Program-made: the position numbers and the translations under genes
Part shown: piece by piece, positions 58,501 through 64,000 of the stretch
Layout: each line of letters starts with the position of its first letter
Position numbering within the stretch: position 1 is the first letter of the stretch
Source: Ancylomarina sp.
Lineage (GTDB): Bacteria > Bacteroidota > Bacteroidia > Bacteroidales > Marinifilaceae
Length of the DNA stretch: 64,000 bases
Assembly: GCA_048268005.1 (NCBI GenBank)
Contig: JBLWWJ010000003.1
Location: forward strand, 383,502 to 447,501
Direction: 5' to 3'
The notes under the pieces: model-generated
The model's input: the letters and a program-made list of their open reading frames with translations, nothing else
Told to the model about the DNA's origin: nothing
The model's database searches: none

Positions 58501-61391
58501 ACTACATTTTTGTTAAAATTTATATTCTCCATGTAGGTTCCCTCTGACACGATAATGGTATCACCTGGAATAGCCACATCAATTGCATTTTGAATTGTTA
58601 AGAATGGGCTAATTGCTGTTCCCTCATTGGAATCACTTCCGCCAGTGGCAACGTAAATTCTATCACTTACCAATATGTTTTTAGTTAAAGAACAACCATT
58701 AGAATTCGTAACCGTCACTGAATAATTACCCTTTTGTGTTACTTCAATCGAAGATGTAGTCTCACCCGTATTCCAAGAATAATGAGCCAAACCATTAGTG
58801 GCACTCAATGTAACTACTCCTATTCCTTCCGATAATTTTCCTGCTTTTGAAACATTAAAATCAACTGGATCAAATTGAATTTGCTTAGTATCAGTTGCCA
58901 CACATCCGTAATCATCTGTCGTTGTTACTGATACAATTCCAGGCTCGGATACCATAATCTGATCTGCTGTACTACCTGTAGACCAATTCGCTTGGAAATA
59001 GGTCTGATCCAATTTCAGTGTAACTTCTGTGCCACATCCCACAATAACATCTTCCCCACTAGGCAATCCCGCTCTAAAACGCATGTTAGGACGTAAAGTT
59101 GATGCTGTTCCTCCTGAATAGATATATCGAATATCATCGGTAGCAAACCTGACATATGAAGCGTTATATCCCATTTCTGTCAAGCGAAAAATAGAGTTCA
59201 GATTAGAATAGGTCGTTTGTTGTTCATTATAATAAGCCACATCAACGATTACATTGCTCACCCCATCCCAAACAAAACCACGATACCTATTAACGGTGTA
59301 ATCATGGTAGGAAAGACTAAAACTCCTCCACCCTGAAGTAATAGTTCCTTCAGCATCTAAATATTCATACACCCAACTTTCATTGTTAACTTCTTTAAAA
59401 GATTCGGTGCTGCTTAAACCTGTCAATTCATTTTTAGTGGTCTGTGCCATTTGAATTCTAAAACCATTAACAGTAGCACCTGTATTATTAGCTTTTTCAA
59501 TAAAGAAAGCCAATTCTTTAAGCTCACTGTTGGGTTCAACACCCATAGCTAACAACTCATCAGCACGAACTAAATATTGTTGGTGGGAAGATTTTTTATA
59601 ACTTCCCCAAGGAGCAGGTTGAGTAATCAATCTTTCCCCATTCAGTTCCTTGCCATCCCCTAAAACCAAATTAATTTGTCTACTTGTTACTGACTGTATC
59701 TGAACTTTAGGGTCTACAACCGTAACTTTTTCTCGTACACCGTCATAAGCATTTACATGATTTTTACAGCCATTTTCATCGGTTACTTGTATGACATAGT
59801 AAGCCGTTTGATTCGCTACATATTCTCTGGAAGTTCCTACAGAAGTTAATTGTACAATCGCATTAACAGTGTCAGTTCTGAACCATTCGTAGCTTTGGTA
59901 TTCTAGTGAAGTACTTAAAGTAATCTCTTCGCCCTTACAAATAGTAGTTTCACCAACAAAAGAAATATTTGGTGTTGGTTTTGGATGAATGGTGATCGTA
60001 TTTGACTGGCGCGTATTACCATTTCTATCTACTCCAGAAACAGAATAATTCCCAGCTTTACCTACCCAACAGTTATTGCCAATATATTCATTACCTATAT
60101 TCGGTGTATTCCATGAATAGTCAGTTAGAAAACCAAGAGTACGCAATTCAGTCTCTTGTCCTTCACAATTGTTGTTAGAAGGGTTGAAAATATCCAAATC
60201 GTTCACATCCCCTGTCAAATTGGTTTTAAGCAAAAAGATTCTTTGGTTGGAAGCATCATTTACTCCCCAGTTCCAATCTGCATATTCGGTTCCAACCCCA
60301 TAGATATAATCACCGTTTAAATAACAGGCTTTGAGACCACCATATTGATTTCCTCCAAATACTTTTTCCCAAAGCAAGTTTCCCTGACCATCTACTTTAG
60401 CCAGATAGGGGTCATCACTATAATCCTGTGAGTAAACCCTTCCTGCAATAATTAGATTGGTTTCAGAATCTTCAACAATATCGTAGCCAGTATTATAGTT
60501 TGAATCCTTTAACTCTTTCTCCCATAAGAGTGTTCCATTGGAGTCAACTTTTCCATACCATATTTTAGAATAAGAGTTGTTGTACAAATTATAATTTCGA
60601 TGACCAATAAAGGAAATATCACCATTCGAACATAAATTAATATTCTTCAAATACTCGAAATTCGCATTTCCCAATTCCAAATTCCACACATGGTTACCCT
60701 CTAAGTCTACCTTGGTAATAAAAGCCTGATAGTTATCTTGAAGATAACAGTCCCCTGCTAGAATAATTCCATCCGCAACTATCTCCATTGATCGAGGGTG
60801 AATATTATTAACAGAAGTCACATTATCAATTTGAAGATCTGTTCGATGCCACATTTTTTCACCATTTTCATTCAATTTCATCAATAGTGGTCTATCATTC
60901 CCATCTTCATACATTCGCCCAGAAAGAAAATATCCTTCTCCAGCTAACTCCTTCAAATCATAACAGTAATCTGGATGGTTTGCAATACCAATTTGCTTAT
61001 TCCATAACTCATTCCCCTCTTCATCAATTTTTAAAAGATAGATATCTTGGCCATCCATATCGTTATAATGACCACCTATAAGATAACCTCCATCACTTCC
61101 TTTACATATAGATTCTCCATAAACAGAAGAATTTGTTACAGGATAAACTTTATGCCATAAGGTATCTCCAACAGAAGAAACCTTTACCACCGACAAATGC
61201 ATTTCTTTCGATGCCAGAATAACAATTTCGCCAGCATCATTAATACAACTGGCTTTCATTTCTTCCCCGTAGTGATCGGGACTATCAATAATTTTCTCAA
61301 AAGTATTCTGGGCTATAACAGAACTCCAGAAACCAATTAGAATAAGAAATAAGTAGAATCTTTTCATAAAGGGGATTTTATAATTTGACAA
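49593..61391 (-). CDS. Giant (3932 aa) T9SS-secreted multidomain surface protein
   Basis: Single 11.8-kb ORF. In order it has: a signal peptide (MKRFYLFLILIGFWSSVIAQ; alternative start 61367); DxxGNxLWxK propeller-like blades; Ig-like domains; three right-handed beta-helix modules; SprB-type repeats (CNGGNDGSIEI...GKAPFTYLWDD); about 700 aa of two-component-regulator-propeller (Reg_prop) repeats; more SprB repeats; an FN3-like region; and a C-terminal T9SS sorting domain (LTVFPNPMKIKSRIEF...GQYIIEIRGENLYRGRLIVE). Confidence 0.9.
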   Translation of the reverse strand: MSNYKIPFMKRFYLFLILIGFWSSVIAQNTFEKIIDSPDHYGEEMKASCINDAGEIVILASKEMHLSVVKVSSVGDTLWHKVYPVTNSSVYGESICKGSDGGYLIGGHYNDMDGQDIYLLKIDEEGNELWNKQIGIANHPDYCYDLKELAGEGYFLSGRMYEDGNDRPLLMKLNENGEKMWHRTDLQIDNVTSVNNIHPRSMEIVADGIILAGDCYLQDNYQAFITKVDLEGNHVWNLELGNANFEYLKNINLCSNGDISFIGHRNYNLYNNSYSKIWYGKVDSNGTLLWEKELKDSNYNTGYDIVEDSETNLIIAGRVYSQDYSDDPYLAKVDGQGNLLWEKVFGGNQYGGLKACYLNGDYIYGVGTEYADWNWGVNDASNQRIFLLKTNLTGDVNDLDIFNPSNNNCEGQETELRTLGFLTDYSWNTPNIGNEYIGNNCWVGKAGNYSVSGVDRNGNTRQSNTITIHPKPTPNISFVGETTICKGEEITLSTSLEYQSYEWFRTDTVNAIVQLTSVGTSREYVANQTAYYVIQVTDENGCKNHVNAYDGVREKVTVVDPKVQIQSVTSRQINLVLGDGKELNGERLITQPAPWGSYKKSSHQQYLVRADELLAMGVEPNSELKELAFFIEKANNTGATVNGFRIQMAQTTKNELTGLSSTESFKEVNNESWVYEYLDAEGTITSGWRSFSLSYHDYTVNRYRGFVWDGVSNVIVDVAYYNEQQTTYSNLNSIFRLTEMGYNASYVRFATDDIRYIYSGGTASTLRPNMRFRAGLPSGEDVIVGCGTEVTLKLDQTYFQANWSTGSTADQIMVSEPGIVSVTTTDDYGCVATDTKQIQFDPVDFNVSKAGKLSEGIGVVTLSATNGLAHYSWNTGETTSSIEVTQKGNYSVTVTNSNGCSLTKNILVSDRIYVATGGSDSNEGTAISPFLTIQNAIDVAIPGDTIIVSEGTYMENINFNKNVVLGSEFLLDGNKDHITKTIIDGQQLETAVKVSTGLAYGMEYSSGLIGFTIQNGKSTSYNENETGGGINLYYWAGTKFELKNLIVKNNEARRGGGISAYYSACLMQDLTIESNKANEEGSGVYLENVSSAHVNSITIRNNEGNNAFRVNVQSDLLISNLQLVGNQGTGLYIYSNETQNSRVTLENPLIVKNQSYGIQVERGTLDIINGTIANNQYGIYQGYQENHINISNTIISGNKYQQIAPSYSQDYDHSLNVNYSALEKGLEGIQTMDAGNSQSSAEVNWGEGNLETAIQFVDTTQNNFSLVATSPAIGAGINELIIDGITYSTPEKDLFGTVRPNPAGSKPDMGAIEHEQGVGDLNIQLAECGGDITLEIFNKEVKSILWIGPYEFTSSEQNLVSVKEGVYNVSVTDTDGTTVTSSIEVKDPLRFTSDIKHVCAAVSEANGRLEIQVAGGKPRNYDYESQYQVNLSGIDYSEQRTVTIYPNTENGEMSLGNASFGNLKAGKYILKIADSSCELVEEIEVLSKETRFHFVSLEGDDENLGTEESPLATIQTAINHACDLDTIIVKDGTYLENLSINKRIVIGSQFLLDGNHDHIANTIIDGQEKASVVNINFDEAAYAGQDSEKEIDASGFIGFTVINGKSTSMDYNGSGGGINLSYWNGSQFQLRDLILKNNEARRGGAIYCNSAECFMENLTIESNKANEEGSGLYLENVSSAGVNNIIIRNNEGNYAFRVSAQNDLLISNLQLIGNKGTGLYIYSNETQNSRVTLENPLIIKNQSYGIQIEKGTLDIINGTIANNQTGIYQGYQENHINIFNTIISGNKYQQIVPSYSQDYDRMISINYSVIEKGLDGIVYDGISNSEELDITWGEGNLENAIEFIDSTNNDFGLVSTSPAIGAGISEFVIDGVTYLTPLTDLYGTARPNPVDSKPDLGAIEHEKSVGDLNIQLSECGGDITLEVFNKEVKSILWTGPDEFTSTDQNLFNVKEGTYNVSVTDTEGTIISSSIEVKDPLLFTSSIKHVCEAVNDISGRIEVKISGGKPVQNEMMGNSSYQLRLSSTDYNENRTVEAWPEAENADIINAYSTFNGLKAGKYFLTISDSNCELVEEIEILSREGQYYFVSTEGDDENIGSEELPLSLIQTAIDRACDLDTIIVEPGIYTENIRFNGKNVTLASRYILDKDKSFISQTVLDGSEKGSVIVFLNGESRNAKLIGLTIQNGRSEMNEYDNGGGITIRNSNPTLNHLIVKNNRARRGGGMFISDSEASVTNVQFENNIATDEGDALSIQNIYNGSVIDNITFKGKSNSYCSVYLNQYSNVEFGHLSFENFGQTAIVAQGNWEGTTQVVFSNLELKGGQQGVRINQGNYSFKNLVASGILTEVINLENNAKVALINSTVVNNNQAVRMSYGDSKLLVLNSILRNNSSQEISYETSMDGYGKSIEIHHSNIKNGQKGIVGEESNLQNFTYGDSNFNRDEYFVDAENGDFHLLDISPSVGAGIASINVFDTDYHMPTTDFGGLARSIPTGSPVDLGAFENESISRKIVRAISCNGGNDGSIEIEMLSGKAPFTYLWDDENATQDSKVLVSEADRVYHVLVTDTDGKVYKDSAWVTQPDELIALVIDSTNISRQGLADGDATIQATGGNAPYSFYWEGIEKTTPYVNNLEADKLYKINVVDNKACMTQTSVVLKVLPLLEENLCGFSAVDGEIKLNSTDIRAIETDFEGTIWFSTGNELTSYNGKDWDIINANFSYSAIHKDKNGNIWLGADYDNKGLNMFDGRSWHPYKETDGLAGNNVMGIAEDSYGNLWIATDKGVSRFDGEKFSNFTHQDGLSDDHCSSIFVDKDDYVWVSTNSGVSRYKILSKTQGEDWENFQYENNISLGGVRNITQDINGDIWMSSSWTGEGQSGIINFDGDNWNRVETGLNVPSTYISDIFCDTEGDVWVGTHEGLLHYSEGVWQSHIKDVDLPSNYVSAIGEDAFGAIWVGFSNGDNGISKYFNEQWTTLHKANGSNASVQCMSLDAEKNLWVGSSNWENSLKKFDGNNWKIFNYEDGFQGSVNDLDTDSELKVWVASDQGVYKYNGTTFDKYDIANGLKSNWIKKLSIDVNDYVWMIYNEEGLTRMKGNEIINYSTEDGLKTNAISAIDADSQGNIWIKYENEYQKTISKFDGSNITHYTIEENMGNDFYSLNNIFVDSKNRIWVSSNSHYAILENEEWTYYKLEQHGIDPNQVINTIGEDADGNIWISYFENYWDGYGNTGMLKFNGTDWVSYSEEPGFKGNSITSIQDDAKGRIWYGGIKGLIRYTKCIDEEVLVAVNNGGCSGEGNRSLSITTTGDTAPYQYSINNGESFQDNNIFDNLKAGIYHLIVTNTNGELIADREVVITDPVPLRANVEGFNTTCNGRTDGAALCIPTGGTAPYSFIWDDNSTSTTARVEGLSEDAEYTVTLTDANNCTATASVSVGHDPHLKFTDWSNVSCYGLNDGSATITPIGGKAPFAFKWDDNLQTSDSTISTLVGGKYYHVTVTDANNCTAIDSIKLDAPEEFTVKSQIFNSCDGENTGGIDLIITGGTIPYTYLWSDEEKSTSNRLYKIGAGEYSVVVSDAMDCTAETSATILEKNTPQTVEITSSHGEYFCPEKSELLATEGFNTYLWSTGEGGNSVNPEHPGEFFVRAYDENLCSATATFDLQTLNTYQHQQLCLVTVNSDNKNEIVWERQKDLGIVSYNIYKEANSVSSMELVKNVPIEETSVIVDEESNPSARSHTYAISITDVCGVESQISDVHHTMLLQANQGINGEINLIWNKYEGFEFNTYNIYRGTSVDEMVKIESISNTESKYIDNNPPNVENFYYVLEVENEYTCDISQLKSYNSDYGVSRSNYLTTKSTITGIDDPDSNVKKLTVFPNPMKIKSRIEFDNPNFSPYCLSVYDVNGRLVLIENDINSNRFELKRGDLASGQYIIEIRGENLYRGRLIVE
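55165..58670 (-). repeat. Intragenic tandem duplication, two units of about 1.74-1.77 kb (beta-helix + Ig-like module)
   Basis: About 55165-56930 and 56930-58670 align collinearly. For example, 56041-56440 versus 57781-58180 are nearly identical by eye. A third, more diverged module follows at about 53900-55165. Confidence 0.8.
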
Positions 61392-61670
61392 TTGTTTGTT
61401 TTTATATTAAATAACCATGCAATTTAATACACATAACATTCATTATCAAGTGTCAAACTTGTCAAGTAACAGAACATAAGTAATATAGAATCATTCTCTA
61501 CAAATGATAAACCTGTTCTTGATTAAGGATAAATATCACTAAAAGGAGTAATCACCTAAGTCTTTGATTATATGATTCTAATTTCAGACTTAGTAAAATT
61601 GAATCTGGGTAAACCTTGATTTTTAGATCAGATTAGTATCTTTAAAAACTTAGAACAATACAATAAATAT

Positions 61671-63326
61671 ATGACTCAAAACAAGTTAATTCATTCCATA
61701 AAGGAAAGTATTCAAAATAACTGGGAATCCCCAGCCTTCACCAACTACCAAAAAGATAGCCTGACTTTTAAAGAAGTTGCTCAACAGATTCAATGGCTTC
61801 ATATTCTCTATAAAGAGATGGGTATTAAAAAGAGAGATAAGATTGCACTTATCGGTCGCAACCTTAACAATTGGGCAGTTACTTATTTAGCCACGGTAAC
61901 GTATGGTGCTACCATTGTCCCTATTCTTCCAGATTTTAACTCTGGGGATATTCATCATATCATTAATCATTCTGAAGCATCACTTCTTTTTTCAACAGAG
62001 AACATTTTCAATAAAATTGATGATTCAAAGATTAAGAAGATAAAAGGCATACTCTCTTTAAACGATTTTTCGGTACTCTGTACTACATGCGATAAATTGG
62101 AAAAAGCAGTAAAAGTAGCTCATGAAAAATCTAGTCAGAATACTTTAGATAAGACTCAATTAGAATATGCGGATCCTAAAGAAAATGAAATAGCGGTTCT
62201 TTCATACACATCAGGCACATCAGGATTCTCAAAAGGCGTTATGTTAACGTATCGTTGCTTGCACTCTAATGTACAAATAGGTTTCGATTATATCGATTTG
62301 AGACCCCAAGATAAAGTTGTTTCTTTCTTACCACTGGCACACGTTTTTGGTTGTATGTTCGAATTCCTAACTGAGTTTTGTTGTGGTTGCCATGTGGTCT
62401 TCCTATCCCGGGTTCCAACTCCGCAACTTATTACCAAAGCTTTTCAAGAAGTCAAGCCTCGACTAATTTGTCTGGTTCCACTCATTATGGAAAAAATTTA
62501 TAAGAAGCGAATATTACCTGCATTAGAAAGTCGTCGGGTTAAGCTGATGCTAAAAGTTCCTATTCTGGAGAAGAAGGTTTACAAGAAAATTAAGAACACT
62601 CTAATCGAAACTTTTGGTGGCCAATTTATCGAAGTTATTATAGGTGGAGCTGCCTTAAGCAAAGAGGTCGAAGATTTCCTAAAAAAGATAGAATTCCCGT
62701 TTACAGTTGGCTATGGTATGACCGAATGTGGCCCCTTAATCAGTTATAGTCCAAGTGAGCAATTTCGCCCTCATTCATGTGGCCATGTAGTCGATAGAAT
62801 GCAGGTTCGAATCGATTCAAAGGATCCTTTAAACATAGTTGGTGAAATTCAGGTTAAAGGTGATAATGTCATGTCGGGTTATTACAAAAATTCCGAAGCA
62901 ACATCTGAAGCTATCACAAAAGATGGCTGGTTAAAAACAGGAGATTTAGGTCTCGTTGATCAGGATAATGTCATTTACATTAAAGGGCGAAGCAAAAACA
63001 TGCTTTTAGGTCCATCCGGACAAAATATTTATCCCGAAGAAATAGAAGCCAGATTAAATAATCTACCTTTTATTCAAGAGTCAATTATTACCGACGATAA
63101 GGATCACAAATTAATTGCTCTGGTTTATCCGGATTATGAAGTTTGCGATGCAGAAGGATTAACCAAGGAGGAAATTCAGGAAGCTTTCGAATCGGATAGA
63201 AAAATATTAAACAAAGATCTTCCTGCTTATATGAACGTATCAAGAATTATTCTTTTTCCAGAAGAATTTGAAAAAACTCCCAAACGAAATATCAAGCGAT
63301 TTCTTTATACAGAGATGTATCATTAG
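61671..63326 (+). CDS. AMP-dependent synthetase/ligase (long-chain fatty-acid--CoA ligase-like)
   Basis: AMP-binding motif LSYTSGTSGFSKGVMLT, GYGMTECGP and TGDLG motifs. Confidence 0.9.
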   Translation: MTQNKLIHSIKESIQNNWESPAFTNYQKDSLTFKEVAQQIQWLHILYKEMGIKKRDKIALIGRNLNNWAVTYLATVTYGATIVPILPDFNSGDIHHIINHSEASLLFSTENIFNKIDDSKIKKIKGILSLNDFSVLCTTCDKLEKAVKVAHEKSSQNTLDKTQLEYADPKENEIAVLSYTSGTSGFSKGVMLTYRCLHSNVQIGFDYIDLRPQDKVVSFLPLAHVFGCMFEFLTEFCCGCHVVFLSRVPTPQLITKAFQEVKPRLICLVPLIMEKIYKKRILPALESRRVKLMLKVPILEKKVYKKIKNTLIETFGGQFIEVIIGGAALSKEVEDFLKKIEFPFTVGYGMTECGPLISYSPSEQFRPHSCGHVVDRMQVRIDSKDPLNIVGEIQVKGDNVMSGYYKNSEATSEAITKDGWLKTGDLGLVDQDNVIYIKGRSKNMLLGPSGQNIYPEEIEARLNNLPFIQESIITDDKDHKLIALVYPDYEVCDAEGLTKEEIQEAFESDRKILNKDLPAYMNVSRIILFPEEFEKTPKRNIKRFLYTEMYH

Positions 63327-63350
63327 AAACTAAATTTGAATCGTTTTTTT

Positions 63351-63386
63351 AAGCAGCTGCATACAAAATGTAGCTGCTTTTTTTTG
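63351..63386 (+). terminator. Intrinsic terminator after the acyl-CoA synthetase gene
   Basis: aagcagctgca-tacaaaa-tgtagctgctt hairpin followed by T8. Confidence 0.8.
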
Positions 63387-63616
63387 TCCTAAAAAAGAAC
63401 AATTTTAGAGATCTGAAATATAAAAAAGTACAAACAACGTTTCTAAAAAAAATTAAAAATAAATGCAACCTTTTTATTTAAATCAAGTATAAGTACTCAC
63501 AAACCTTATTAGAATTATACCTTAGAATATGGTTAGTATTAAAGTTTATAGAGAACATTGAGTATCGTTTTTATTTTTTCATGCAATAGATTACATATGA
63601 TTCTAATAAGCAGGTA

Positions 63617-63992
63617 TTTACAACAGTTTTTGAGGAAATCAACAGTTTTGTTCACATTTAGTTAACATACTGTTGATTTTTTCTTATTAAATATTTGAAA
63701 CAATACTTTGGATATTTCGTTTCCCTGTTTGTATGAAAAAAATATCCCACCTAAACAATTTTACTTTTAAGTACTGAAATCAGATCTTCCAACAGTTTAT
63801 CAACAGACTGTTAATAGTAAATCACAAGTTTGTTTTCAAAAATAAACTTTATTAACAGATTGTTCATAACACCTATAATCATCTCTAAAACAAACGCCCC
63901 CTATTAACACTCCCTGTTAATAGCCTGTTATTAGACTTATTTACTCATGAAATCCAATAAAAGATGTTTTCAATTACCAACATTATCAACAG
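63617..63992. repeat. Non-coding cluster of at least 11 copies of a TTAWYAACAG-like motif in both orientations
   Basis: Copies at 63617, 63636, 63670(rc), 63789, 63797, 63808(rc), 63849, 63901, 63914(rc), 63925(rc) and 63983. There is no ORF of 60 aa or more in this AT-rich region. Confidence 0.6.
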
Positions 63993-64000
63993 GATATTAT

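Noticed and set aside
1-64000. Looked for prophage, ICE or transposon hallmarks (integrase, transposase, terminal inverted repeats, tRNA-adjacent islands) and for rRNA or CRISPR.
   Set aside because: None was found. The tandem tRNA-Val genes are followed by a terminator and ordinary regulatory genes rather than an integrase. The only cassette-like element is the four-helix-bundle gene, which is reported separately.

Overview
Low-GC chromosomal segment that looks like Bacteroidota. The evidence is a T9SS C-terminal sorting domain and SprB-type repeats in a 3932-aa surface protein, asnS-rpoN synteny, a TAnnTTTG-type promoter element, SD-less starts and many lipoprotein signals. I can support about 45 protein genes, two tandem tRNA-Val(TAC) genes and many hairpin/T-run terminators. 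I saw no integrase, transposase, CRISPR array or rRNA.

Layout:
- 1-14.8 kb: an NtrC-type sigma-54 response regulator and histidine kinase lie divergent from an operon of membrane-fusion adaptor, ABC ATPase and four FtsX/MacB-like permease paralogs. One permease is truncated by the window edge. The operon also holds an embedded beta-propeller lipoprotein and a decayed permease relic.
- 18.2-22.3 kb: a C39-peptidase ABC exporter and an HlyD protein are separated by a four-helix-bundle (23S-IVS-type) gene flanked by inverted arrays of 8-nt repeats.
- 22-31 kb and 41-49 kb: mostly housekeeping genes (M28 peptidase, Crp/Fnr, pheS, two cyclophilins, PiT transporter, MGS-like, SPOR lipoproteins, rpoN, asnS).
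- 49.6-61.4 kb: one giant T9SS cargo gene with 1.74-kb internal tandem repeats, followed by an acyl-CoA synthetase. The window ends in a non-coding cluster of TTAWYAACAG-like motifs.

The most interesting locus is 31.6-41.2 kb. It holds an ECF-like sigma gene translationally coupled to a TM/TPR anti-sigma-like gene. Next come two tandemly duplicated TPR-CHAT proteins with a signal peptide and a C-terminal anchor. Divergent from these are two unannotated, near-identical 33-aa double-glycine-leader peptide genes, followed by a sensor-less histidine kinase and a sirtuin. The same bipartite motif (GGGTTACTTTTT-N10-GGAATAAAGG) precedes both the sigma gene and the peptide genes. I propose, as inference only, an exported-peptide / periplasmic CHAT protease / sigma-anti-sigma signalling circuit.
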